A stretch of DNA of 64,000 nucleotides from an uncultured Candidatus Binatia bacterium (GTDB lineage Bacteria > Desulfobacterota > Binatia > UBA9968 > JAJDTQ01): contig OZ243984.1 of the NCBI GenBank assembly GCA_965214905.1, forward strand, positions 3,963,802-4,027,801, given 5' to 3'. Numbering within the stretch: position 1 is the first letter of the stretch; every line of letters starts with the position of its first letter. A program made the position numbers and the translations under genes. This document shows, piece by piece, positions 26,423 to 39,600 of the stretch. Under the pieces are notes generated by a model. The model saw nothing but the letters and a program-made list of their open reading frames with translations, was not told the origin of the DNA and searched no databases.

Positions 26423-29400
26423 ATGCGTGCATTGAATAAGTCCAACACCTTTTCCCCACGGTCGTGGAGCATCGCGATCCTACGTGCCTGCCTCGGTTTC
26501 CTGATGAAAAATATGGAAAATACGCAGAAAAGCGAGTTCCCCGGTTTCCTTCCAGATCGACCGTCTCCCTCTACCCATGAGCCACAGACCAAAACCCTAC
26601 ACGGCTCCCACCGGATGCACCCCACTACTTGGGTCCCGCCCACGTCCCGTGGACTCGTCAATCCGATTGGGACACGATTGCCGAATCTTCTCCTGCGGTT
26701 GCCCGTTCTCGTCACCCTCGCCCTGGCAATACTACTGACTACATGGCCGGGACCCGCCCACGCGCAGGAAGCAGCGAACACCAGCCCGAATAGTGGAACC
26801 GCCGCCACGGGCACCCTGGTCATTCAAGGTACAACAGAAACCGACGGTTCTTTGACTGCGAAGGTAGGGGATACCGTATGGGTGACCGACAACAGCATTG
26901 ATGATATCGAGGATGCCGACGGCATGACAGCCGCACGGTTTCGTTACCGGTGGATGCGAGCCCCATCTCCCTCCGGAACTTTCGTGGCCATCGGGGGAGC
27001 AAACTCATCCCTCTATACTCTGTCCTCCGCGGACGAGGAAAAGTGGCTACGGCTACAGGTAGACTTCTACGATGATGCCCGCAACCACGAGGAACTGCTC
27101 GGTCCGGTGATTGCAGTAGCAGGCAACTCCCCCGCCACCGGTGTGCCCACCATCGCCGGTACAACCAAGGTAGGCCAAACATTGGTCGCGTCGACGGACC
27201 GCATCGCCGACGCCGACGGCCTCAACTCGGCACGGTACCGCTATCAGTGGTTGAGAGAAGACTCGGAAAGCGGCATTCAGGCCGTTATCACCGGGGCTAC
27301 CCGGTCGTGGTACACGCTGTTGGATGCCGACTTGGGCAAAATGCTCAGGGTTCGTGTAAGTTTCATCGACGACGCAGGCAACAGCGAAAAAAGACTCAGT
27401 GAGGGCAAGGGTCCCGTGCTGCCCGACACCAGTTCCCCTCCGAGTTCCGAAAGCCAACAAGCCGCTACGGGCCAGCCGATTATTGAAGGTACACCAAGGG
27501 TAGGAGAGGTCCTGTCTGTACGTACTGACCAGATCGTGGACCCGAACGGAATATCTCAGGCGCAATTCACGTATAAATGGTATTATTGGAACGGAAGGGG
27601 TTGGTACGGTTTTTCCGGGGACAGTTCGAGTATATTAAGGGTTGGGAGTTTGTTTCAAGGAAAACACCTCAGAGTAAAGGTGAGCTTTGAGGATGATGCC
27701 GGCAATCGCGAAGAGGTGTACAGTCCTAACGTAAGAGTCGCGTACGAGTCAGACGGCGGGCGACCCGTGATTCTGGGGAGGTCAAGGATTCTGGGGACGC
27801 CAAGGCTAGGTCAGCTGCTTACGGTATCGACCGCGGACATCTCGGATCCAGATGGCCTGACTTCGCCCAATTTTCGGTATCAGTGGCAACAGAGTCTTAG
27901 TCCCCTCAGTAGCAGATACTACAGTCTCTCCGGTGCCACGGCGCCCTCCTTCAGGCCGAGCCGCTATCATGTAGGCTATAGTTTACGCGTGAAAGTAACG
28001 TTTACGGATGACTCGGGAAACACGCATGAGATAACTAGCTACTCGGTGAGGATCGTTACAAACAGCGGTCCTAGAGGAAGGCCGACCATTGAGGGCGCAA
28101 GCGGTCGAGTTGAAGGGAGAGTTGGCGACCTACTTACGGTATCGACCGCCGAGATTGAAGATGACGATGGCCTCACCTCGCCAAACTTCAAGTATCAGTG
28201 GCAGCAATGGCATCGTGGCCGTTGGTCCTATATTCCCGATGCCACGGGGGTATCGTTCAGACCAGGCTTCGAGCTTCAAGGCGGGCGAATACGCGTGGAA
28301 GCAACGTTTACGGATGATTTCGGAAACGTCGAAAATGCAGTTAGCAGCTACCTGACGATATCCTCGAACACTCCTCCTTACGGACGTCCCGTTATACAGG
28401 GCACGGAAAGAATTGGCGCGCGTGACGCAGCGAGAGTCGGTCAGCTGCTTACCGTCTCGACTACTGCAATTCAAGATCGCGATGGCCTCACCTCGCCAAA
28501 CTTCAAGTATCAGTGGCAACAGAGGCGTCGTAGTGATGGCCGTTGGTTCGATATTCGCGATGTCACAGGGGCGGCGTTCAGAGCAGGCCCCGGAAGTCAA
28601 GGAGAGCGTATACGCGTGAAAGTAACGTTTACGGATGATTTCGGAAACGTCGAAACGGTGTACAGTCACAGCAGTCTCTCCAGTGGAGTGGCAATCGTTG
28701 AGAACAGCCGTCCGTTAGGAAAGCCCGTCATACAGGGCACACCGGGACTTGGTCGCTTGCTTACGGTATCGACCGCAGGCATCACGGATGCGGATGGGCT
28801 GTCCTCGCCGATTTTTCGCTATGAGTGGCAATGTGAAAGTAGCTATAGACCGTGTTGGCGCCGCATTGGCTATCAAACAGTGCAGTGGGCCAACGGACCG
28901 ACGTGGTCTACAGCCCATGACTATCACCACTTCCGACTGCGCGTCAAGGTGACATTTACGGATGATTCGGGAAATACCGAAACCCTGTATAGTGAGGAGG
29001 TGTCAGTCCCGCCGTTTGATGAAGCTGAGGGGTATGTATACATAGCGGGCTCGCCGGTTGTAGGGTCGACCCTGACTGCGGCTACGGAGTTGATAAGACC
29101 GGAAGGACTGACCTTTTCGTACGAATGGTTCAGAGCAAACAGCGCGACCGATGATTCATCATCGGCGACACGAATAAGCTCCGATCAGAACTACCAGGTA
29201 GTGGGGGACGACGTTGGCAAGTATATCTTTGTTGTCGCCCGGGTCACCTCTGGCAATTCGGAGGTGGTTCGTACAAGCGCGCGGACACGTATAACTGGAC
29301 CGGCAAACCAGCAAGCTAGTGGAAGTCCTGACATCGGCGACACGGCAAAGGCGGGCGAGGAACTTATTGTGTCCATAGCGAACGTCAGCGACGGGAACGG

Positions 29401-32400
29401 CCTCACTTCGGTAACTTACGGGTATCTGTGGCAGCGGAGGGCTACAAGCGGGGGATTATGGAATGTGGTGCGGGGTGCGGATGCGGAGTCGTATACGCCA
29501 GTAACGGACGATCAAGGCAAATCACTTCGGGCGACAGTGGTTTTTGTCGACGACGCAGGATACACGGAAACGCTGACAAGCAATGAAGTGACAGTGCAGG
29601 ATAGTGTTGTAGCAAGTGGTGCGCCAGTGATTGAAGGGGCAAGAGAAGGGGTCACGAGGGTAGGCGAGATGTTGACGGCGAACCCGTCGGGGATCGACGA
29701 AGGCGCCCCGGAGTTGTCCATCGCCGACGCGAGCGTGGCTGAGGGTGCCGCGGGTGAGAGCGCGACGCTGACGTTCACGGTGACGCTGGACCCGGCGGCC
29801 ACGCAGCCGGTGACGGTGGAGTGGGCGACGGCCGACGGGACGGCGACCGCCGGGACGGACTACACGGCGGTGACGAACGGAACCCTGACCTTCGAGTCCG
29901 GCCAAGACAGCAAGACCGTCACGGTGACGGTGACGGGCGACGACGTGGACGAGCCGAACGAGACGTTCACGGTGACCCTGACGAACGCGCCGGGCGCGAC
30001 GCTCGTGAAGGCGGTGGGGACGGGGACGATCACGGACGACGACGACGCGCCGACGGTGACGTTGGTGCTGACCCCGGACTCGATCAGCGAGAACGGCGGC
30101 ACGAGCAGGGTGACGGCGACCCTAGACCACCCGTCGAGCGAGGAGACGACGGTGACGGTGGCGGTGACGCCGGAGTCGCCGGCGGTAGCGGACGACTACA
30201 GGCTGGTCGGGAACCAGTTGACGATCGCGGCCAACTCCCTGACGAGCACGGGCGAGGTGACGATCACGGCCGTGGACAACGAGGTGGACGCTCTGGACAA
30301 GGAAGTGACGGTGTCGGCCACGGCGGAGAACACGCAGGGGATCACAGCCCCGCCGAACGTGACGCTGACGATCACGGACGACGACGCGCCGGAGTTGGCG
30401 ATCGGCGACGCGAGCGTGACCGAGGGCGACTTGGGCGAGAGCGCGACGCTGGAGTTCACGGTGACGCTGGACCCGGCGGCGACGCTGCCGGTGACGGTGG
30501 AGTGGGCGACGTCCGACGGGACGGCGGAAGCCGGGACGGACTACACGGCGGTGACGAACGGAACCCTGACCTTCGAGCCCGGCCAAGACAGCAAGACCGT
30601 CACGGTGACGGTGACGGGCGACGACGCGGACGAGCCGAACGAGACGTTGACGGTGACGCTGACGAACGCACCGGGCGCAACGATCACGGACGCCACGGGG
30701 ACGGGGACGATCACGGACGACGACGGGCCGGCGGCGGTGACGCTGGTTCTGACGCCGGCCTCGATCGGCGAGAACGGCGGGAAGAGCACGGTGACGGCAA
30801 CCCTGGACCGTCCTTCGAGCGCGGCGACGACGGTGAGGGTATCGGCGGCGCCGGTATCACCGGCGGTGGCGAACGACTACAGGCTGGTCGGGAGCCAGTT
30901 GACGATCGCGGCCAACTCCCTGACGAGCACGGGCGAGGTGACGATCACGGCCGTGGACAACGAGGTGGACGCTCTGGACAAGGAAGTGACGGTGTCGGCC
31001 ACGGCGGAGAACACGCAGGGGATCACAGCCCCGCCGAACGTGACGCTGACGATCACGGACGACGACGCGCCGGAGTTGGCGATCGGCGACGCGAGCGTGA
31101 CCGAGGGCGACTTGGGCGAGAGCGTGACGCTGGAGTTCACGGTGACGCTGGACCCGGCGGCGACGCTGCCGGTGACGGTGGAGTGGGCGACGTCCGACGG
31201 GACGGCGGAAGCCGGGACGGACTACACGGCGGTGACGAACGAAACCCTGACCTTCGAGCCTGGCCAAGACAGCAAGACCGTCACGGTGACGGTGACGGGC
31301 GACGACGCGGACGAGCCGAACGAGACGTTGACGGTGACGGTGACGAACGAGTCGGGCGCAACGATCACGGACGCCACGGGGACGGGGACGATCACGGACG
31401 ACGACGGGCCGGCGGCGGTGACGCTGGTTCTGACGCCGGCCTCGATCGGCGAGAACGGCGGGAAGAGCACGGTGACGGCAACCCTGGACCGTCCTTCGAG
31501 CGCGGCGACGACGGTGAGGGTATCGGCGGCGCCGGTATCACCGGCGGTGGCGAACGACTACAGGCTGGTCGGGAGCCAGTTGACGATCGCGGCCAACTCC
31601 CTGACGAGCACGGGCGAGGTGACGATCACGGCCGTGGACAACGAGGTGGACGCTCTGGACAAGGAAGTGACGGTGTCGGCCACGGCGGAGAACACGCAGG
31701 GGATCACAGCCCCGCCGAACGTGACGCTGACGATCACGGACGACGACGCGCCGGAGTTGGCGATCGGCGACGCGAGCGTGACCGAGGGCGACTTGGGCGA
31801 GAGCGCGACGCTGGAGTTCACGGTGACGCTGGACCCGGCGGCGACGCTGCCGGTGACGGTGGAGTGGGCGACGTCCGACGGGACGGCGGAAGCCGGGACG
31901 GACTACACGGCGGTGACGAACGAAACCCTGACCTTCGAGCCCGGCCAAGACAGCAAGACCGTCACGGTGACGGTGACGGGCGACGACGCGGACGAGCCGA
32001 ACGAGACGTTGACGGTGACGCTGACGAACGAGTCGGGCGCAACGATCACGGACGCCACGGGGACGGGGACGATCACGGACGACGACGGGCCGGCGGCGGT
32101 GACGCTGGTTCTGACGCCGGCCTCGATCGGCGAGAACGGCGGGAAGAGCACGGTGACGGCAACCCTGGACCGTCCTTCGAGCGCGGCGACGACGGTGAGG
32201 GTATCGGCGGCGCCGGTATCACCGGCGGTGGCGAACGACTACAGGCTGGTCGGGAGCCAGTTGACGATCGCGGCCAACTCCCTGACGAGCACGGGCGAGG
32301 TGACGATCACGGCCGTGGACAACGAGGTGGACGCTCTGGACAAGGAAGTGACGGTGTCGGCCACGGCGGAGAACACGCAGGGGATCACAGCCCCGCCGAA

Positions 32401-35400
32401 CGTGACGCTGACGATCACGGACGACGACGCGCCGGAGTTGGCGATCGGCGACGCGAGCGTGACCGAGGGCGACTTGGGCGAGAGCGTGACGCTGGAGTTC
32501 ACGGTGACGCTGGACCCGGCGGCGACGCTGCCGGTGACGGTGGAGTGGGCGACGTCCGACGGGACGGCGGAAGCCGGGACGGACTACACGGCGGTGACGA
32601 ACGAAACCCTGACCTTCGAGCCTGGCCAAGACAGCAAGACCGTCACGGTGACGGTGACGGGCGACGACGCGGACGAGCCGAACGAGACGTTGACGGTGAC
32701 GGTGACGAACGAGTCGGGCGCAACGATCACGGACGCCACGGGGACGGGGACGATCACGGACGACGACGGGCCGGCGGCGGTGACGCTGGTTCTGACGCCG
32801 GCCTCGATCGGCGAGAACGGCGGGAAGAGCACGGTGACGGCAACCCTGGACCGTCCTTCGAGCGCGGCGACGACGGTGAGGGTATCGGCGGCGCCGGTAT
32901 CACCGGCGGTGGCGAACGACTACAGGCTGGTCGGGAGCCAGTTGACGATCGCGGCCAACTCCCTGACGAGCACGGGCGAGGTGACGATCACGGCCGTGGA
33001 CAACGAGGTGGACGCTCTGGACAAGGAAGTGACGGTGTCGGCCACGGCGGAGAACACGCAGGGGATCACAGCCCCGCCGAACGTGACGCTGACGATCACG
33101 GACGACGACGCGCCGGAGTTGGCGATCGGCGACGCGAGCGTGACCGAGGGCGACTTGGGCGAGAGCGTGACGCTGGAGTTCACGGTGACGCTGGACCCGG
33201 CGGCGACGCTGCCGGTGACGGTGGAGTGGGCGACGTCCGACGGGACGGCGGAAGCCGGGACGGACTACACGGCGGTGACGAACGAAACCCTGACCTTCGA
33301 GCCTGGCCAAGACAGCAAGACCGTCACGGTGACGGTGACGGGCGACGACGCGGACGAGCCGAACGAGACGTTGACGGTGACGGTGACGAACGAGTCGGGC
33401 GCAACGATCACGGACGCCACGGGGACGGGGACGATCACGGACGACGACGGGCCGGCGGCGGTGACGCTGGTTCTGACGCCGGCCTCGATCGGCGAGAACG
33501 GCGGGAAGAGCACGGTGACGGCAACCCTGGACCGTCCTTCGAGCGCGGCGACGACGGTGAGGGTATCGGCGGCGCCGGTATCACCGGCGGTGGCGAACGA
33601 CTACAGGCTGGTCGGGAGCCAGTTGACGATCGCGGCCAACTCCCTGACGAGCACGGGCGAGGTGACGATCACGGCCGTGGACAACGAGGTGGACGCTCTG
33701 GACAAGGAAGTGACGGTGTCGGCCACGGCGGAGAACACGCAGGGGATCACAGCCCCGCCGAACGTGACGCTGACGATCACGGACGACGACGCGCCGGAGT
33801 TGGCGATCGGCGACGCGAGCGTGACCGAGGGCGACTTGGGCGAGAGCGCGACGCTGGAGTTCACGGTGACGCTGGACCCGGCGGCGACGCTGCCGGTGAC
33901 GGTGGAGTGGGCGACGTCCGACGGGACGGCGGAAGCCGGGACGGACTACACGGCGGTGACGAACGAAACCCTGACCTTCGAGCCCGGCCAAGACAGCAAG
34001 ACCGTCACGGTGACGGTGACGGGCGACGACGCGGACGAGCCGAACGAGACGTTGACGGTGACGCTGACGAACGAGTCGGGCGCAACGATCACGGACGCCA
34101 CGGGGACGGGGACGATCACGGACGACGACGGGCCGGCGGCGGTGACGCTGGTTCTGACGCCGGCCTCGATCGGCGAGAACGGCGGGAAGAGCACGGTGAC
34201 GGCAACCCTGGACCGTCCTTCGAGCGCGGCGACGACGGTGAGGGTATCGGCGGCGCCGGTATCACCGGCGGTGGCGAACGACTACAGGCTGGTCGGGAGC
34301 CAGTTGACGATCGCGGCCAACTCCCTGACGAGCACGGGCGAGGTGACGATCACGGCCGTGGACAACGAGGTGGACGCTCTGGACAAGGAAGTGACGGTGT
34401 CGGCCACGGCGGAGAACACGCAGGGGATCACAGCCCCGCCGAACGTGACGCTGACGATCACGGACGACGACGCGCCGGAGTTGGCGATCGGCGACGCGAG
34501 CGTGACCGAGGGCGACTTGGGCGAGAGCGCGACGCTGGAGTTCACGGTGACGCTGGACCCGGCGGCGACGCTGCCGGTGACGGTGGAGTGGGCGACGTCC
34601 GACGGGACGGCGGAAGCCGGGACGGACTACACGGCGGTGACGAACGAAACCCTGACCTTCGAGCCCGGCCAAGACAGCAAGACCGTCACGGTGACGGTGA
34701 CGGGCGACGACGCGGACGAGCCGAACGAGACGTTGACGGTGACGCTGACGAACGTGTCGGGCGGGGGCGCGACCATCGAGGATGCCACCGGGACCGGGAC
34801 GATCACGGACGACGACCTTCCGGTGGTGACGGTGGCCGGCGGGGGGATGTGACGGAAGGTGCGGACGCGGAGTTCACGCTGACGCGGTCGAACACGTACA
34901 CGACGGGGACGCTAGCGGTCACGTTCACGGTGACGGACAGCGGCGAGGTAGTGAGGGGCGCGGCGCCGACGCGAGCGATCTTCCCGCCGAACGACTCCAA
35001 GGTGACGGTGGGGGTTGGGACGGATGACGACGAGGTGGATGAACGGGACGCCGTGCTGACGCTGGAATTGGATGACGGCGATGCCTACGACCTGGGTGCG
35101 GCGTCCACAGCCACGGTGACGGTGCGGGACAATGACGACGACAGGCCGATCGAGGGGCCGATATCGCTGACCCTGAACCCCTTGGCCAAGCTGGTTCGCT
35201 ACGGGGTGGGGGAGACGGTGGAGTTGGTTCTGTCGGCGGCCACAGGTGGCACCGGGCCTTATAGGTATAAACTGGAGCCGTTGCCGTCGGGGCTGTCGTT
35301 TGAGGCGGAGACGCGAGTTTTGTCGGGGACGCCGGACACCCCTGGGCTCACGGAGTCGACCTATGAGGTCAGAGACTCGGCGGGCTCGCCGGTCACGGGC

Positions 35401-38400
35401 ACTCTCTACATACGCATCAAGCAGTCGATGTCGATGACCCTGAACCCGCTGGCCAAGCAAAGCTACAGGGTGGGGGAGAGGGTGGAGTTGGTGCTGCCGG
35501 GGGCCACAGGTGGCACGGGGCCTTATAGCTACAGCCTGGGTCCGGTGTTGCCTGCGGGGTTGTCGTTTGACGCGGGGACGCGAGTTTTGTCGGGGACGCC
35601 GACCACCCCTGGGCTGACGCGATTGACCTACGGGGCCACAGACTCGTCGGAGCCGCGGGTCACGGCGACATGCAGCTTCAAGATACGCATCAAGCCGTCG
35701 ATACTGCCGGTGGTGACGGTAGCGGCGGAGGCGGTTACGGTGACGGAAGGCGGGGATGCGGTGTTCGTGCTGACGCGGACGGGGGCGGTGACGGGGGAGT
35801 TGGCGGTGACGTTTGGGGTGACGGGCGGGGATGAGGTGCTGAGGGACAGGGCGCCGACGGGAGTGGTATTCAGAGCCAATGCGCCCACGGCGCGAGTGCG
35901 CCTGGGGACCGTGGACGACTCGGTGGACGAGTTCAATGCGAGGCTGCGGCTGAGGCTGGAGGACGGCGATGCCTACAACCTTGGGGCGGCGGGGGAAGCC
36001 ACGGTGACGGTGCAGGACAACGACGGCGTTCCGGAGCTCACGGCGAGCGATGCCTGGGCGGAGGAGAGCACGGACTTGGTGTTCGAGTTGAGCCTGAGCC
36101 CGGCGAGCCTGGAGCGGGTCACGGTGCAGTACGCGATCACGCCAGGCACGGCGCAGGCGGAGGACTACAGGGGCAGGACCGCGGACACGGTGACCTTCGA
36201 GCCGGAGGATATTAGGAAGGAGGTGAGGCTGGAACTTGTGGACGACGACCTGGACGAGGTGGATGAGACGGTGACGCTGAGGCTTTTCGGTCTTCAGTCG
36301 CTCGGGGCGGCGAAGTTGGGCAGGGACGACGAGGCCACGGGGACGATCGAAGACGACGATGTGTCGCCCAAGGGGACGATAACGATGATCTTGAACCCCC
36401 CGGCCAAGATCATACGCTACGGGGTGGGGGAGCCGGTGGAGTTGATGCTGCCGGCGGCGACGGGGGGCACGGGGCCTTATATCTACACCCTGGGTCCGGT
36501 GTTGCCGAAGGGGTTATCGTTTGATGCGGGCACGCGGGTTCTGTCGGGCACGCCGACCACCCCGGGGCTCACCGAACTGACCTATGGGGCCACAGATGCG
36601 TCGGACCCGCCGGTCACGGTTACGCGGACTTTCAACGTACGGATCAGGCGCACACGGACGAACTCGCTGACCTTGAACCACGTGGCGAAGCAAAGGTACG
36701 GGGTGGGGGAGAGGGTGGAGTTGGTGCTGCCGGCGGCGACGGGAGGCACGGGGCCTTATAGCTACACCCTGGGTCCGGTGTTGCCGAAGGGGTTATCGTT
36801 TGACGCGGGGACGCGGGTTCTGTCGGGCACGCCGACCACTCCCGGGCTCACGCGATTGACCTATGAGGTCACAGACTCGGCCGCCTCGCCGGCCACGGTT
36901 ACGCACACCTTCAACCTACGGATCAGTCGGTCGATACAGCCGGCAAGGTCGTCAGCGAAGGGGGTGGATACGGTGGTGGCGGTGGTGGCGGAGAAGGGCG
37001 CGGTGACGGAAGGAGAGGAAGCGGTGTTCGTGCTGTTGCGCACGGGCGATGCGACGGCGCCGCTGGCGGTGGCAGTGGATGTGGACGAGGTGGGGCGGGT
37101 GCTGGCGGGGGCGGTGCCGAGGGAGGCGGTGTTCGGGGCGAAGGAGAGGCAGGTGCGGCTGCGGGTTGGGACTGTGGACGACGCGGTGGACGAGGCCGAC
37201 GGCAGGGTGAGGGTGCGGGTGATGGCGGGAGGGGGGTACACGGTGGACGCGGCTGCGGGTTGGGCGGGTGTGGAGGTATGGGACAACGACGAGCCGGGCG
37301 AGTCGGTGGCGCTGTGGTCTACGACGATGAGGGTGAGGGAGTTGGGCAAGGGGGTAGGGGCGAGGGGTTCGGACTTGGCGGAGCGGGGGTGGTGGGAGGA
37401 AGGCGAAGTGTACGAACTGGAGCAGTTGCAGTGGTTCGGGTGGCCGCGGGAGCGGGTGAAGGTTCGCTTCAGCCGCCGGCCGGCCATGGCAGAGGAATTG
37501 ACGCTGCGGGCGGGGGAGTTGACGTTGGCTTTGGGGGAGGGGGGCTCCGGGCGGACATTGGTCTGGTCGATGGAGGGAGTTCCGTGGGTGGTGGGGGATG
37601 AGGTGGAGCTTCGCCTGACGCGGACGGCGGCGGTGGTGGAGGCTGCTGCGGGCCTATCGGTGGCGGACGCTCGGGTGAACGAGTCGGCGGGGAGGCCGCT
37701 TGGGTTCCGGGTGACGCTGTCCGAGGCGCAGGCGTCGGCGGTGACGGTGCGCTATGCGACGTCGGACGGCAGTGCGGAGGCGGGTGCGGACTATGTGGCG
37801 GCGTCGGGGGTGGTGCGGTTCGAGGCGGGGGAGAGGGTGAAGACGGTGAACGTGAGGGTGCTGGAGGATGCGCACGACGAGGGGGAGGAGACCATGAGTC
37901 TCACGTTGTCGAGTCCTTTCGGGGCGGAGGTTACGGAGGGCGTGGCGACGGGGACCATCGTCAACACGGACGCGATGCCACGGGCGTGGCTTGGGCGCTT
38001 CGGGCGCACGGTGGCGGGGCAGGTGGTGGAGGCGGTGGAGGGTCGGATGACGGCGGCCCGCCAAGCGGGGGTGGAGGTCACGGTTGCGGGTCGGCGTGTG
38101 GGGGTCGTCGACGAGGCGGGGTTCGGTGACGCCGGGGCTACGGGCGAGCGTTGGCAAGACCGGCTCGGAGACTGGCTTGCGGGCGAGACCGAATCGGAGG
38201 AGCGGACGGTGAGCGGGAGGGAGGTTTTGGCGGGGACCTCGTTTGCGCTGACGAAGGGGACGGCGAAGAGCGGCTTTGTCTCGCTATGGGGGCGGGGCGT
38301 GGTGACGGGCTTCGACGGACGGGACGGGGATCTTTCGGTGGAGGGCGAGGTGACGACGGGTCTGCTGGGGGCGGACTGGAGGTGGGCGGACTGGGGGGCG

Positions 38401-39420
38401 GGTGTGCTGTTGGGGCACAGCCGGGGCGAGGGCAGCCATGAGGGGCAGGGGGCCGGTACGGTGTCGTCGTCGTTGACCGGCATCTATCCCTGGGGGCGGC
38501 ATGAGTTGAACGAGCGGGTGACGGTGTGGGGGGTTGCGGGCTATGGCGAGGGGAAGCTGAGGCTCGAGCCCGAGGGTCAGGCTCGGATCGAGAGCGACAT
38601 GGAACTGAGGATGGCGGCGGTGGGTCTTCGGGGTGTTCTGATGGAGGCGCCGGCGGGAGGGGGCGTCGAGTTGGCGGTGAAGACGGACGCTCTGGTGGTT
38701 CGGACGGCATCGGAGGCGGTGCAGGGAGGCTCGGGCGGGCGGCTGGAGGCAGTGAGTGCAGAGGTGACGCGGGTGCGGTTGGGTCTGGAGGGCACGCGAG
38801 GGTTCCGCACGGAGGGCGGGGGGACGCTTACGCCTTCGCTGGGACTGGGGGTACGCCACGACGGGGGCGATGCGGAGACCGGATTCGGTGTGGAGTTGGG
38901 AGTGGGTGTTGGCTATGCGTCCGGGTCCTCGGGAGTGACGGCAGAGCTCCGGGGCCGTGGGCTGCTCACCCATGGGGCGTCGGGCTTTCGGGAAGCGGGC
39001 CTCTCGGGCTCCCTGGCCTTCGACCCGACCCCGGCCACGGACCGGGGGCTGAGTCTGAGTGTGAGCCAGACCCTGGGTGCGTCTGCGACCGGGGGCGTGG
39101 AGGCGCTCTACGGCCACGACACCCTGGCGGGGCTTGTGGAGGAAGACGAGGCGGGGCCGGTGGGTCTTCTGGGGCGTCGTCGTCTGGAGGCTCGGATGGG
39201 CTATGGTCTATCGGCCTTTGGCGGGGGTTTCACGGGGACGCCGGAGCTCGGCTTCGTGCAGTCGGAGAGCGGTCGGGACTACAGCCTGGGCTGGCGTTTG
39301 CGCCCGGAGGGTCGCAACGCCGGCTCGTTCGAGTTCCGTGTGGAGGGGACGCGGCGCGAGGCCGCGAACGAAGATACACCGGATCACGGGGTGGGCGTGT
39401 GGGTGACCATGCGCTGGTAG
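26423..39420 (+). CDS. Giant (about 4330 aa) type Va autotransporter-like adhesin with about 9 repeat modules of roughly 100 aa, more than 16 Calx-beta domains, He_PIG/dystroglycan-type Ig domains and a C-terminal beta-barrel; interrupted by a 1-nt frameshift at 34841-34852
   Basis: ATG 26423 lies 6 nt after AAGGAGA. Signal peptide ...LLLRLPVLVTLALAILLTTWPGPAHA-QE. Repeat modules carry the ...YQW... and F(T/I)DD(A/S/F)GN.E motifs. Calx-beta consensus: ATLTFTVTLDPAATQPVTVEWATADGTATAGTDYTAVTNGTLTFESGQDSKTVTVTVTGDDVDEPNETFTVTL. He_PIG-like: LPSGLSFEAETRVLSGTPDTPGLT. The last 481 aa (37975-39417) form an autotransporter-type barrel ending VGVWVTMRW*. ORF 26321..34852 stops at ...VAGGGM*, and the continuation ...GDVTEGADAEFTL lies in the frame of ORF 29821..39420. 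Confidence 0.85.
29704..34816 (+). repeat. Tandem array, 7.5 copies of a 681-bp unit (227 aa = two Calx-beta domains); copies 2-8 are nearly identical
   Basis: The unit starts GCGCCGGAGTTGGCG recur at 30386, 31067, 31748 and onward. Identical minus-strand shadow ORFs recur at 30857, 31538, 32219, 32900, 33581 and 34262 (spacing 681). Copies differ only at a few sites (ESATLEF/ESVTLEF, TNGT/TNET, TLTNAPG/TVTNESG/TLTNESG). Confidence 0.95.
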
Positions 39421-39441
39421 GCAGTCGGACCGGAACCGCTG

Positions 39442-39512
39442 CCAGGAGCCTGCGCCGGAGGCATTCACGGCTGCAAGTCCGCTGCCGCGAATTCCTCGGC
39501 GCAGGCTCCTGG
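39442..39512. terminator. Long hairpin: perfect 16-bp inverted repeat CCAGGAGCCTGCGCCG / CGGCGCAGGCTCCTGG with a 39-nt loop, between the convergent adhesin and hydrolase genes
   Basis: Arms at 39442-39457 and 39497-39512, read directly. There is no U tract, so assignment as a terminator is tentative. Confidence 0.3.
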
Positions 39513-39600
39513 GCCACGTGGACGGGAAGAACTCCGCGCCATGCTGCGCCACAGGATTCTCTTTCTTTCCGCACGTCCTTCGTTCGTGCCGGATGGCGGA

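Noticed and set aside
29860-34672. Periodic minus-strand ORFs (136, 87 and 82 aa) recurring every 681 bp
   Set aside because: They are shadows generated by the tandem repeat, with identical sequences at each period and no start context.
29821-34845. Upstream 5 kb of the 3199-aa ORF 29821..39420 (RDG/GDH-rich repeats)
   Set aside because: This is an out-of-frame reading of the Calx-beta tandem array. Only the part downstream of about 34846 is real coding sequence, as the continuation of the adhesin.
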